A stretch of DNA of 64,000 nucleotides. It comes from Halobacteriovoraceae bacterium. GTDB lineage: Bacteria; Bdellovibrionota; Bacteriovoracia; Bacteriovoracales; Bacteriovoracaceae. The notes under the pieces were generated by a model that was not told the DNA's origin, did no database searches, and saw only the letters and a program-made list of their open reading frames with translations. A program made the position numbers and the translations under genes. The stretch is taken from the NCBI GenBank assembly GCA_963719505.1, contig CAVRCF010000005.1, positions 192,001 through 256,000 on the forward strand. The letters run 5' to 3'. Below are positions 47,434-57,346 of the stretch, piece after piece. Every line of letters starts with the position of its first letter. The stretch's first letter is position 1.

Positions 47434-49718
47434 TTCTTATCTCGATCTAAAATGAGAAGGACTGCTGGTAGGATGATAACATCTGCTAGCAACGCGACAG
47501 TGAGGATTAAGGCGACCATAACACCAAAATTTGAATTCGGAACGTATTGGGCAAAGTAGAAGACTCCAAAGCCTGCAACGATAATTAAAGTCGTATTTAC
47601 CAAAGAAGGTATCGTTGTTTCAAAGACATTTTCTAAAGTGCTTAATGTCGATTCTCCTTTGTCTTTTAGTTTCTTATAAGAGAAAAGAAAGTGGATACTA
47701 TCATCAACGGCAATTCCCAAACACACTGAAGCGATAATGACACTTCCCATGTCGATATCCCATCCAAAAAAGACGAAGAATAAGCTTCCAATGATGAGGG
47801 GGTAAAGATTAGGGATCAAGGCCAAAAGACCTAATTTTAGGGATTTCAAAGTGATGATTAAGATCAATGTTATTAAAACAAAAGCCAAGACAAAAGATTC
47901 AACAAAGCTTGAAACAACATAAGGGGTAAGTTCATGAAAAAGGGGGGTTTTACCTGTAACCTTGGCGTCGAGTCCGATCTCTTTGGCTTTTTTCTCCATC
48001 GTTCTAAACAGGCCCAAGGCTTCTTGTGAATTCCTAATGGTCCATTTCGCTGAAAGATTAATATAATCATTCTTTAGACTGATTTTATCATTGAGCTCTT
48101 TTCCCGGAGGTAATCCCATAGAATAGAAAACAAGTTCTTGGGCTATCGTCTCTCTATCATCCGGTATGGTTTCAAAAGATTTATTATTTTGGTTTAGAGT
48201 CTTATTGATATCTTTAATAATATCTGTGATGCCAAAAGTTGAGTGGATATAGGGCTTAGACTCCAACCACTGCTGGAAGCTATCGACTTTGACTAAAAAC
48301 TCAGAAGACTTCGCTTGGTTGATACCACCAGCATCTATAAGAAAAACAATAGAGTCACTTGGCCCGTTATGTTTTTCAATTTTATTGATATCTTGAATAA
48401 ATTTATAGTCGCTTGGAAATTGGCTATAGGGATCTAAATTGACTTTGAGATTCTTAACGGCCATATGGATCGAGAATCCTATGCTTAAAATAGTAAGAAT
48501 AAGAATGGGCCAGCGATAATTATTGATGAAAGCAATTGATTTTTTACTCTTCTCACTAATGATGACTTTTACGTCGTTTTCAATCTCACCTGAATGTTCG
48601 TCTTTTACAAACTTTAACAAAAGAGGTGCGATAAGTCCGTAGGTGAGTAGCCAAGCGAATATAACGCCGAATCCGACCATCACCCCCATCCCACTGATAG
48701 GATCAATCTTAGCATTAGAGAAGCTTAAAAAACCGACACAAGTTGTAAGGCTTGTCAGAAGGGTTGGGTAAACGTTCTTAATAAGAGCGTGCCTTACAGA
48801 ACTTTGAACACTATTGCCGTGGGATTTCGCAATAAAGAACACGGTAAGTAGATGAATACTATCAGCGATGGCCACAGTTAATAAAATGTTGGGAGCGACA
48901 GCTGAGAGTGTGTTTACCTTTATGCCAAGATAGCCAGACAAACCCATCATCATGATTATTGAAGTTATAAGGATGACGTAAGGGATGAGGACACCGCTGA
49001 TGTTTTTATAAATCATCCATAAAATAAGGGTAAAAATCACAAAGAGAATAGGAACAAGCCTTCCCACATCTTCTTGTGTTATTTCTTTAAAGATATGAGT
49101 GAGTATGGCCGTGCCAATGATTTGATACTTATAATTCTCCATTCCTTTTTTCTCTACCAAGGCCCTAATTTGCTTGGTGATAAGCTCATTGTCAGCAATT
49201 GAGTTAAAGGATGGTTTGATTTTAGCAACGATGACTGAGAGCTTTCCGTCTTTTGAGATATAGTTTTCTTCAATAAAGCTGTGGTCTTTTACTTTTTTCT
49301 TGAGTTTCTCGATATAACTTTGGTCTATACTTTGGGTATCAACGAGTGCTCCGACATCGATTTCATCTTCGACAATATCAACGTAGTCAAAATTTGTGAG
49401 CGAATCAACTCTTATAACCGAGTCTACCTTCCAGATATCGTTTGTGAGCTCTTCCAAGTGAACAAGTGATTCTTCGTTGTAAAGACCCTCTTCGCGATAG
49501 ATGCCTAAAACTAAGGAGTCATCATTACCAAAGAGTTTTTCATAAAAGTCGTAGCGCTGAAGAAGAGGATCTTGTTCAGAGTACCAAATACGATATGAGA
49601 AATCGCTTTTGATTTGAAAGAGACCAGGAATTGAAACCAAGACCATCAAGATCGAAATCATGATGGCACGGTTTGGGTGGTCTATAATACTTTGAGTGAT
49701 CTTCTCTCTAAAATTCAT
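47430..49718 (-). CDS. MMPL/RND family transporter
   Basis: Two repeats of 1+5 TM; AIADSIH, LTSLTT.VGF, GIAVDDSIHF. Confidence 0.92.
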   Translation of the reverse strand: MNFREKITQSIIDHPNRAIMISILMVLVSIPGLFQIKSDFSYRIWYSEQDPLLQRYDFYEKLFGNDDSLVLGIYREEGLYNEESLVHLEELTNDIWKVDSVIRVDSLTNFDYVDIVEDEIDVGALVDTQSIDQSYIEKLKKKVKDHSFIEENYISKDGKLSVIVAKIKPSFNSIADNELITKQIRALVEKKGMENYKYQIIGTAILTHIFKEITQEDVGRLVPILFVIFTLILWMIYKNISGVLIPYVILITSIIMMMGLSGYLGIKVNTLSAVAPNILLTVAIADSIHLLTVFFIAKSHGNSVQSSVRHALIKNVYPTLLTSLTTCVGFLSFSNAKIDPISGMGVMVGFGVIFAWLLTYGLIAPLLLKFVKDEHSGEIENDVKVIISEKSKKSIAFINNYRWPILILTILSIGFSIHMAVKNLKVNLDPYSQFPSDYKFIQDINKIEKHNGPSDSIVFLIDAGGINQAKSSEFLVKVDSFQQWLESKPYIHSTFGITDIIKDINKTLNQNNKSFETIPDDRETIAQELVFYSMGLPPGKELNDKISLKNDYINLSAKWTIRNSQEALGLFRTMEKKAKEIGLDAKVTGKTPLFHELTPYVVSSFVESFVLAFVLITLILIITLKSLKLGLLALIPNLYPLIIGSLFFVFFGWDIDMGSVIIASVCLGIAVDDSIHFLFSYKKLKDKGESTLSTLENVFETTIPSLVNTTLIIVAGFGVFYFAQYVPNSNFGVMVALILTVALLADVIILPAVLLILDRDKK

Positions 49719-50596
49719 TACTTAAACGACATTGTCCGTGCTTCGTTGAATTCTTTCCAAGCTTTGTTAACTTCTTTTTTATCACTTTTCTTAAAGCTAT
49801 TAACTTGGTCATCAATCGCTCCGTAGCGATAGGTCACTAGATCGATTTCTTTTGTATTACCAAGGATTTGCTGCATTCTTTTTGTATGCTTAACGTGATC
49901 ATCAGCAAAGACTATCGCTTTAAAGTTTGAACCTGTTTTATGTAAAAGAGTCTTGAGCATAATTCCTTTATTCATTCCCGATGTCATAAACACGCCATTC
50001 ATATAACTTGCATACAGTGGTGACTTATTTCCCGAAACCTCTAAGTCATTTTTTGTCAGTCCATTTTTACTTGGATTTTCAAGGGAGTAGGGTTTGTAGA
50101 CACCAGCGTATCCGTACTTTGGACCAATGGCAGAATCGACAAAGTTAAAGTCATTCATCTGTAGTGCTCTTTGCGTGGCATTTCTAAAACCTGGTCCACG
50201 ACTGGTAAGAAGAATAACTTTGTATCCTCTTTTTTGAAGATGTCTAACAACTCTTGGTGTTTCTTTTTGAGCTGGAATCATATTAGACATGGCAAATATT
50301 TGACCTTGAATATCGAGAAGTTGATTAAAGTCATTAGTGACACAAAAATCAGGAGCTTTCTTTTTTATACAGTTCTCTGACTGCCATCCCCACCATTGAT
50401 CAGCACCGAAGTCTTGAGGCATCGCCATTAATGTATTATCGATATCAAAAACGACGAGAACATTGTCTTTGCCATACTTATTTCCCATCTCCATAACTTT
50501 TCTTTCAATTTCTAGGATTGAGTTTGTCTCTTTTTGCTCGCCGGAGAAAGCTAAGTAGCTCGATAAAAGAATTAAAATAAATAGAACCATTCTCAT
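49718..50596 (-). CDS. Secreted HAD-like protein (DUF2608-type)
   Basis: Signal peptide; VVFDIDNTL, LTSR, K, VFADD HAD motifs. Confidence 0.8.
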   Translation of the reverse strand: MRMVLFILILLSSYLAFSGEQKETNSILEIERKVMEMGNKYGKDNVLVVFDIDNTLMAMPQDFGADQWWGWQSENCIKKKAPDFCVTNDFNQLLDIQGQIFAMSNMIPAQKETPRVVRHLQKRGYKVILLTSRGPGFRNATQRALQMNDFNFVDSAIGPKYGYAGVYKPYSLENPSKNGLTKNDLEVSGNKSPLYASYMNGVFMTSGMNKGIMLKTLLHKTGSNFKAIVFADDHVKHTKRMQQILGNTKEIDLVTYRYGAIDDQVNSFKKSDKKEVNKAWKEFNEARTMSFK

Positions 50597-50610
50597 TTAA
50601 ACCTCGTTTA

Positions 50611-51208
50611 TTATATTTTTAACATTAATGTTCCAGCACTGCTGAAGTCTTCTTGCGTTTCAAGTCCATCGCCGCGGGTGTAGATGGTGTATAAGGACAG
50701 ACCAAAAGATCTGCTAAACCAAATATTCATCCCAGTAGAGAGATAAAAGTAACTGAGGTCATAGTCTGTGACTGTCACGTTACCTACTGTCTGCTCCTAA
50801 ATCCACATCATTTTCGTCTGTTGTTACACTGACATATCTTGGATTTATAAAGAGTTCGAAAAAATCACTAAAAGCATTTGAAGCGATTAAGCCTCCGTAG
50901 TAATAGGTTGAATCTCCCCCTGCACCGTAGCCCGTTTCAAAAGCGTATGACGATCCCAGTTGGGCGTTTTTAAATGAGTATTTTGCGTACAGACCAGAAC
51001 TTGCAAATCCACCAAACTCCATGACATAGCCAAAATCTAGATTGGCCGATGCCCCAAAACCCATCTTTAAATAGTAGCTAGAGTTTGCACTTCCAAGTTC
51101 AACCTGTGAGTTTCCAGCCCCTAAAGAGCGAGCGGATTTGTTGGAAGAAAATGGCGCAATTGAGCAGCCTGAGATGATAAAAAGAATCGTGATAAGAAGT
51201 ATCTTCAT
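50611..51208 (-). pseudogene. Outer-membrane beta-barrel lipoprotein with a +1 frameshift near 50794
   Basis: Lipobox ISGC; ORF stops at 50780 but the shifted frame continues QTVGNVTVTDYDLSYFYLSTGMNIWF...LMLKI to TAA at 50611. Confidence 0.7.
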
Positions 51209-52401
51209 TTTAGTTTAAATGTTCCTATAATGGGGTAGTGATCGGAGGCGTCTTTAAATAACTTATAGCTTTTATCGACAATGGCCCAGCATGTTTTTGA
51301 TTTTTCTCTCCAGTTCACTAAAACTTGAGAAGCTGCGACATTTGGATTCTCCGGCTTTTTTGAACAGCCAAGCCCAGTTCGGCTAAAGTCTGGATGAAGT
51401 ATCTCACCTTTGATCACTTCAATGTTTTTGCTCGTTCCAATATAGTCAAGCATCAAGCGAAAAGGCTCTGCACCGTAACTACTTCCCTCGTTGGTAAAAC
51501 TAAGTTTTGATGGTGGGATCCACATATTTATTTTTTTAAAAAGTCTTCTTAAAATTAAAGAGCCAGGGTTGGCGGTCGAGTCATATGCAGTATTCCAATC
51601 ACCAACAGCGACGAAATAGTCAGTTGATTTAAGAGGTTTTATTTTGGGTAGATTGACAGGGATATCAGTCGATCCGGTGAGGTACCATTCAAGAAAACGA
51701 AGTTGATCGCGGTTTCTTTTATAGTTTGGAGATTTGGCATTTCCAAAATTGAAGGCGGCCACGGTATGAAGAAGAATGATATGAACTTCTTTATTATCTA
51801 TAGAGACAGTAATATCGGAGAAATTTTTATCAAAGAGTTCAGCACTTTCAGGAAAAGCTGATCCATCGGCAGTTCTAAATTCTTTTAGATCTATGGCCGC
51901 ATTAAAGTCGCTCCAGAGGATTTTTGAGAATACTTTTTTTGAGATGATTTCGTATTTTGATAAAAGAGCTGAAGAGTACTGTCCTGGCATAGTTCCAAAG
52001 TTAACTTGATCGGCACTCGCCCGCGCTTGTGGTGCATTGGGATCGATATGGTAGTGACCATTTTCTTTTTTCTTGGCCTTTAATCCTGTGTTGGCAGGGT
52101 CGATACTTTTATCTTTAAAGTCCTTGAGGTCGAGATACTTGGCAAGTGTTGTTGGGTTCTCAGCAGTTGTCGTAAAGCTTGGGTTTGGAACATTTGGTAA
52201 ATCGTATTGAATCTCATTTATGGAGAGAAGATCGAATTTATGCTTTGATAGAATCTCTTTAACGGCTTTTAATTGATCACTTCCATCTTTAAGCTTTTTA
52301 GAATCTAGCTCTTTGATATTGTAATGAAGCAATGTGAAAGAGTCGCGGGCCATAGTTGTCCAAGAACACAAAATGATCATAAAAGTTAAAATGTTTTTCA
52401 T
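51205..52401 (-). CDS. Secreted endonuclease/exonuclease/phosphatase family protein
   Basis: Signal peptide; YNI, SINEIQYD, GDWN, LDYI, ASDHYP. Confidence 0.88.
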   Translation of the reverse strand: MKNILTFMIILCSWTTMARDSFTLLHYNIKELDSKKLKDGSDQLKAVKEILSKHKFDLLSINEIQYDLPNVPNPSFTTTAENPTTLAKYLDLKDFKDKSIDPANTGLKAKKKENGHYHIDPNAPQARASADQVNFGTMPGQYSSALLSKYEIISKKVFSKILWSDFNAAIDLKEFRTADGSAFPESAELFDKNFSDITVSIDNKEVHIILLHTVAAFNFGNAKSPNYKRNRDQLRFLEWYLTGSTDIPVNLPKIKPLKSTDYFVAVGDWNTAYDSTANPGSLILRRLFKKINMWIPPSKLSFTNEGSSYGAEPFRLMLDYIGTSKNIEVIKGEILHPDFSRTGLGCSKKPENPNVAASQVLVNWREKSKTCWAIVDKSYKLFKDASDHYPIIGTFKLK

Positions 52402-52563
52402 AGGTAGTTCCTATCAAACTATCAGGTATTTGACCATTATCATCAAAAGTACGGATATTCTTGTTTATAAGGATCCGTAAATATTACATAAAGCCGGAAG
52501 GTTTATTGCGCCGTATTAACCACTATGTTACTTATGGCTCCAAATAACCCCTAAGGAGAATGT

Positions 52564-54477
52564 ATGAAGTTTAATAAAACTCTGCCTCTAGTGCTTTTAG
52601 CTGCTGTAAGTATCGGAAATCTTTCGGCTAACGAAGAAGTTGAAGCAAAGAAAAAATTTGAACCGCCTAAAAACCAATATGGAAAGAGCATCTATCCTTT
52701 TGTTCCTGTTTCAACTGAATATATAGAGCAAAGAGCTCGAATTATGAGTGAAGATACAAACTATATTTCTAATTTTAACGACATTATCAAAAAAGGTTTG
52801 TCTGAGAGAAATACTGAAACGGCAATTGAGCCAGGTGCAAAGCCTTGGATGAGTACTTATTGGCCACTCAATAAAGGTCTTATTGCTGACCCCTATACAC
52901 CGAACTTTAATCCACTAAAAGATTTTATGTGGAAACCAAATCACAATAAACTTGTTAAAAGACAAGAAGAAGTTCTTCCAAAATGGAGAGAACTCGATAA
53001 CGAAGAACTTGATGTTCTCGCACCTTCTGAAAAATACGACATTCTGATAGGGGATGAAAATTTCACACTTACAAAGAAAGTAGTGAAGTATATGGACGAC
53101 TGGGGAAGTAAAAAAGAAGACGCTTCTTTATCCAAAGTGGATAAAGTTGGTGCTGATACCTATCAGATCGCAACAAACTACGTTAACTGGGGATGGACGA
53201 ATTCTAATAACGATCCGTTCACTTCTGTCGAAGACGCATATCCTTTGGCCAGTCGTCTAAGAGGTGGTTTAACTGATCATATTGCCAAGTATCTTTTAGA
53301 TGAAGGTAAAGCTAGAACATTAAAGTCGGCGCTTACGATGGCAAGACCAATTGCTATTAGTGAGCAAACAAACTTTGTGATGAAAAAGCCATCGGGCTCG
53401 ATTGCAACTTGGGAAGGAATTTGTCACGGCTGGGCCACAGCTGCTGGAAATGTTCCAAGACCAAGAAAGACAGTTTCTTTTACACTTGAAAATGGAAAGA
53501 TCTTAAAGTTTTTTCCAGATGATATGAAAGCTCTGGTCTCATATTTGTGGGCAAACTCTCTCGTTCAAGATTCAAGAATATATGATGACAAAACGGATAG
53601 CTTCTCTGGTGGTGGGATTCTTATGCAAGGTCTTCGTTGTAACGATAGTTTTCCTAAAAAAGATCCATGGGGAAGAGTTTACGATGATCAGCCAGATGAG
53701 CACTCAAGAGAGCTTGAGCCAAGATGTGTAGGGGTTCACCCAGCACTTTGGCACTTAGGACTTGTGAATATTATTGGTAAGCAAGGTAGAAGCTTTGTTG
53801 TTGAAAGAAAAAAATCAAAGAAAGTTGATAACCATCCAATGTATGGTTATAAAGCCGAATACTTTAATCCGTATGACGGTGAATACGAAGGGGATATCGC
53901 TTCAAAGGTTAAGCCAATTACAAAAGAAGATCAGTTTTTTGACTTCAGAAATAAAGAGGCAACTCATATTGTGGGTGTTCGTTTAACGATGTCATATATC
54001 AACTGGAACAGACCACAAAGATTAGAAACTGACGATGAGTCAATGGATGAAGTTCGCGACATCGATATGCTCTACGATCTTGAACTGAATAAAGATGGCG
54101 ATATCGTTGGTGGTCAGTGGAGAGCGACTGAAGTTGGCCGAGGTAATATGTTTAATGCGGAAAGAAAACAGCCGGATTTCTTTTGGGCCGTAACAAAAGA
54201 TTGGAAAGGATACTTTAAAGGAAGAAAAGATCTTCCTGAGTGGAAAAGTGGACTCCCTCCAAAAGAATACAAAAAGGCTTCGATTGCCTCTACAAATCAA
54301 TTGTATCACTCAACTCCAGAATTTGGGTGGTATGACAGATGTACGATCAAAAGAGACAAGAGAACTAAAATTAACAAGCATCTTCCAAAAGAGATTCGCG
54401 TTAATTGTGAGCATATCTACGAGAGACCTCAGCCACTGATTCAGGTCATCGATAAATTGATAGATATGGCGAAATAA
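52564..54477 (+). CDS. Secreted transglutaminase-elicitor-like (GP42-type) protein
   Basis: Signal peptide; PW.STYWP, LAPSEKYD, WEGICHGWA, DMKAL, NHP, Y.LEL...G.IVGG.W, PDF.W. Confidence 0.8.
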   Translation: MKFNKTLPLVLLAAVSIGNLSANEEVEAKKKFEPPKNQYGKSIYPFVPVSTEYIEQRARIMSEDTNYISNFNDIIKKGLSERNTETAIEPGAKPWMSTYWPLNKGLIADPYTPNFNPLKDFMWKPNHNKLVKRQEEVLPKWRELDNEELDVLAPSEKYDILIGDENFTLTKKVVKYMDDWGSKKEDASLSKVDKVGADTYQIATNYVNWGWTNSNNDPFTSVEDAYPLASRLRGGLTDHIAKYLLDEGKARTLKSALTMARPIAISEQTNFVMKKPSGSIATWEGICHGWATAAGNVPRPRKTVSFTLENGKILKFFPDDMKALVSYLWANSLVQDSRIYDDKTDSFSGGGILMQGLRCNDSFPKKDPWGRVYDDQPDEHSRELEPRCVGVHPALWHLGLVNIIGKQGRSFVVERKKSKKVDNHPMYGYKAEYFNPYDGEYEGDIASKVKPITKEDQFFDFRNKEATHIVGVRLTMSYINWNRPQRLETDDESMDEVRDIDMLYDLELNKDGDIVGGQWRATEVGRGNMFNAERKQPDFFWAVTKDWKGYFKGRKDLPEWKSGLPPKEYKKASIASTNQLYHSTPEFGWYDRCTIKRDKRTKINKHLPKEIRVNCEHIYERPQPLIQVIDKLIDMAK

Positions 54478-54500
54478 TTTAATAAAAGATAAAGTTTGCA

Positions 54501-54532
54501 CAGGGACCTCAAAGTGGGGTCCCTCTTTTTTT
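54501..54532 (+). terminator. Rho-independent terminator
   Basis: AGGGACCTC/GGGGTCCCT stem then T-tract. Confidence 0.8.
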
Positions 54533-54618
54533 CACACGACTTCGTTTTCTCTAGAAGGCTAGAATAATTATCAGTATAACCGCAAATAACAAAAACCAAT
54601 TAACTAAGGAAGTATATT

Positions 54619-54915
54619 TTGAAAAGAATATTAGTTGTAATTTTAGCTTTAGGAAGTCTTTTCTCTTTTGCAAACAGTAACGAGATTCATGAGCTTGTTT
54701 GCAAAGAGATAGTTGCTGGCTACAGTTCTGCGTTTTTTGATGTAGAAAGCTGTGTCTTAGAGACTGAACTTGAAGGATCAGTAGAAGCAGGTGATACAGA
54801 GTTGAGTCTTAATTTTTATGACTGTGATAGTGAATCGGATGTTACATATTTTTATGATGTTAAAGAAAAATCTATATCATCTGGAGACTCTTGGATTGGT
54901 GTCGCTTGTGATTAA
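54619..54915 (+). CDS. Small secreted acidic Cys-containing protein
   Basis: TTG start, signal peptide ...SLFSFA, four Cys. Confidence 0.7.
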   Translation: MKRILVVILALGSLFSFANSNEIHELVCKEIVAGYSSAFFDVESCVLETELEGSVEAGDTELSLNFYDCDSESDVTYFYDVKEKSISSGDSWIGVACD

Positions 54916-54946
54916 AACTCTTAATCAAAAAATTTCAAACAAACTC

Positions 54947-54982
54947 AAAAAGGCTAGGAGATGAAATCTTAGCCTTTTTTTT
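54947..54982. terminator. Bidirectional terminator
   Basis: AAAAAGGCTAGGA...TCTTAGCCTTTTT between convergent genes. Confidence 0.8.
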
Positions 54983-55385
54983 AGATTCTAATCTGCCCTT
55001 TTTGATAAGGAAGATCTTTTCTTTTCTTGGCTTTTTCTTCATAAAGTTTTTTCTCCATTGAAATCACACTACAAGGAAGTTTTCCATCACAAAGCTTAAA
55101 GCGATCAAGAAGATACTTGTACTGGTAGTTGGCCAGTGCCTTTTGCTTTTTAGTAAGAAGGACCACCACAATATGCTGTCCATCTTCGCTTCTTTTTATA
55201 AGTTCGGAGACCGGTGGATTGACTTCACTTTCTCTGTAGAAGAATTCAATAGTGTCACCTTCAGTAGATTTTGCTTCGACAACTATTTTTAAAGGCCTGA
55301 TCATAAGAATATATATACATCCAATGCTTCCAAGAAGGCACAGCACCATAAAGGCTATAAAAACGGTATTTTGTTTTGTCTTCAT
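54981..55385 (-). CDS. Membrane-anchored hypothetical protein
   Basis: Single N-terminal TM helix; GGAG RBS before ATG 55385. Confidence 0.7.
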   Translation of the reverse strand: MKTKQNTVFIAFMVLCLLGSIGCIYILMIRPLKIVVEAKSTEGDTIEFFYRESEVNPPVSELIKRSEDGQHIVVVLLTKKQKALANYQYKYLLDRFKLCDGKLPCSVISMEKKLYEEKAKKRKDLPYQKGQIRI

Positions 55386-55514
55386 TTTTCTCCCAATATC
55401 CAACCAATGTCTTTTATAACTAAAGCGTCAAAAATCAAATACTCTTGACACTATTGGAATAGATATTATCTTTAATTGTGTATTCAGACAAAAAAACTTT
55501 TAAGGAGTTTAGCG

Positions 55515-56411
55515 ATGTTTAAGAGAGTGGGTTTATTTTTACTAACAAATATAGCTGTTATTGCTATGGTGACCATTATTACCCAGGTTTTTGGTCTAGA
55601 GCCCTATATGAATGCCAATGGCTTAAATTATCAAGCCCTTCTCATCTTTTGTGCTATTTGGGGGATGGTGGGTTCATTTATCTCTCTTGCTATGAGTAAG
55701 TTCATGGCAAAACAGATGATGGGTGTAAAGATTGTGGAACAAAATGGTCAGTTCTCTGGCTTAGTTAATACAGTCCATCGATTGGCCAAAGCGGCAAACC
55801 TTCCAAAGATGCCTGAAGTTGGAGTTTATGACTCTCCAGAGGTCAATGCCTTCGCAACGGGTCCTTCAAAGTCAAATTCCTTGATCGCTGTATCAACGGG
55901 CCTATTAAATGGAATGACTGAAGATGAAGTAGAAGGTGTGCTCGCTCATGAAATAGCACATGTGGCCAATGGAGATATGGTCACGATGGCGCTTGTCCAA
56001 GGTGTCGTGAATGCCTTTGTTATGTTCTTTGCAAGAATCGCAGCTTTCGCCGTTCAAAACTTCCTAAGAGGAGATGATGATGAAGGTGAGGGATTTAGCT
56101 ATATGATCAACTTTGTTTTGATTATGGTTTTTCAAATCGTTTTTGGGATACTAGGGTCGGTTGTTGTGGCTTTCTTTTCTAGGTACAGAGAGTTTAGAGC
56201 AGACTCCGGGGGAGCTCAGCTCGCTGGTAGAGAAAAAATGGTAGCGGCGCTAAAAAGACTTCAAAATCAGTTTGAGAGAGGAAACTTTAACGACGATGCT
56301 CCAAGCATGAATGCGATGAAGATTTCGACAAAAGCCTCACGCTTTGCAGCGTTACTGTCAACGCACCCTCCACTGAGCACAAGAATTAAAGCACTACAGA
56401 TGAATGCATAA
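55515..56411 (+). CDS. htpX: Protease HtpX (M48 zinc metalloprotease)
   Basis: NAFATG, AHEIAH, NGDMVT, SRYREFRAD, THPPL..RI; TTGACA-N16-TATCTT upstream. Confidence 0.96.
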   Translation: MFKRVGLFLLTNIAVIAMVTIITQVFGLEPYMNANGLNYQALLIFCAIWGMVGSFISLAMSKFMAKQMMGVKIVEQNGQFSGLVNTVHRLAKAANLPKMPEVGVYDSPEVNAFATGPSKSNSLIAVSTGLLNGMTEDEVEGVLAHEIAHVANGDMVTMALVQGVVNAFVMFFARIAAFAVQNFLRGDDDEGEGFSYMINFVLIMVFQIVFGILGSVVVAFFSRYREFRADSGGAQLAGREKMVAALKRLQNQFERGNFNDDAPSMNAMKISTKASRFAALLSTHPPLSTRIKALQMNA

Positions 56412-56440
56412 AAAAAGGGAGCTTATAGCTCCCTTTTTCT
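56411..56440. terminator. Bidirectional terminator
   Basis: A-tract GGGAGCT/AGCTCCC T-tract. Confidence 0.85.
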
Positions 56441-56442
56441 TT

Positions 56443-56766
56443 TTATTTTTTCGTACAGATAACTGTGTCGTAATTTTGTGAACACTCGTCTTTGGTTGTT
56501 AATGAGAAACTTCCGTCCTCATAAACGAGCTCTCTTGTATATCCATTCCAACTTGTTAAATAAACAGCAAATTCATCTCTCATATCTTGAGAGGTGTGAT
56601 GCAGCTTTGATGATCCATCTGGTGCAATTTCCTTAACAAAAACATCTCCGTGATGAATTGAAATATCGACAGACTTGATATCCGAGTAGTTAAAGTCATT
56701 ACAGATGAAACCTTCTGCACTGAATACTGAAGTTGAAAGCATAAGAGCTAAAAGAAGCTTTTTCAT
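56443..56766 (-). CDS. Secreted hypothetical protein
   Basis: AGGAG RBS; signal peptide MKKLLLALMLSTSVFS. Confidence 0.78.
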   Translation of the reverse strand: MKKLLLALMLSTSVFSAEGFICNDFNYSDIKSVDISIHHGDVFVKEIAPDGSSKLHHTSQDMRDEFAVYLTSWNGYTRELVYEDGSFSLTTKDECSQNYDTVICTKK

Positions 56767-56868
56767 TGGGGGTCTCCTAAATTAAGTTTCCACCTTCATA
56801 CCGCTCTTTCCTACAATTTTCACCCTTTTTTGTTGAATACGAGTAAAAAATACTTAAACTTAACATTA

Positions 56869-57306
56869 ATGAGAATATTACTTTTTCTTTTCACATTCTG
56901 CGCCTTCTCAAGTGAACTTAAGCATTTCTATACGGATTTCTGTACATTTTTTCCTGAGGGAACACGGCTCAAGCCCAAGCTTTGGGAAGAGTGCTGTGTG
57001 CGCCACGACCTCGTTTACTGGGCCGGTGGAACAAAAGATCAGCAAAAGCAATCTGACTTAGAGCTCAAGCAGTGCGTGACAATCAAAGCGGGTAGAGCTT
57101 GGGGTTCACTCATGTACAGGGGTGTGAGAATTGGGCATCTGTCCCCGATTAAAAGTGAGATGAAATGGGGCCACGGCTGGGGAGATGATAGATCTTTTCA
57201 ACCTCTAAAATCTGTCGAGATAGATCATATTCGAGACCTTTTACAAACTACTGAAATTAAAGAAGAATTCAAAGATCACTACATAAATACTTATTTAACT
57301 GATTAA
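56869..57306 (+). CDS. Secreted protein with phospholipase A2-like CCxxHD motif
   Basis: TDFC..FPEG, W..CCVRHDLVYWAGG, SDLELKQCV. Confidence 0.6.
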   Translation: MRILLFLFTFCAFSSELKHFYTDFCTFFPEGTRLKPKLWEECCVRHDLVYWAGGTKDQQKQSDLELKQCVTIKAGRAWGSLMYRGVRIGHLSPIKSEMKWGHGWGDDRSFQPLKSVEIDHIRDLLQTTEIKEEFKDHYINTYLTD

Positions 57307-57311
57307 AAAGC

Positions 57312-57339
57312 TCAAGTTTTAACCTCAGCTTGCCGATAC
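57312..57339 (+). promoter_or_regulatory. Putative sigma28 (FliA) promoter
   Basis: TCAAG-N15-GCCGATAC, 7 nt before ATG 57347. Confidence 0.7.
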
Positions 57340-57346
57340 CATTAAC

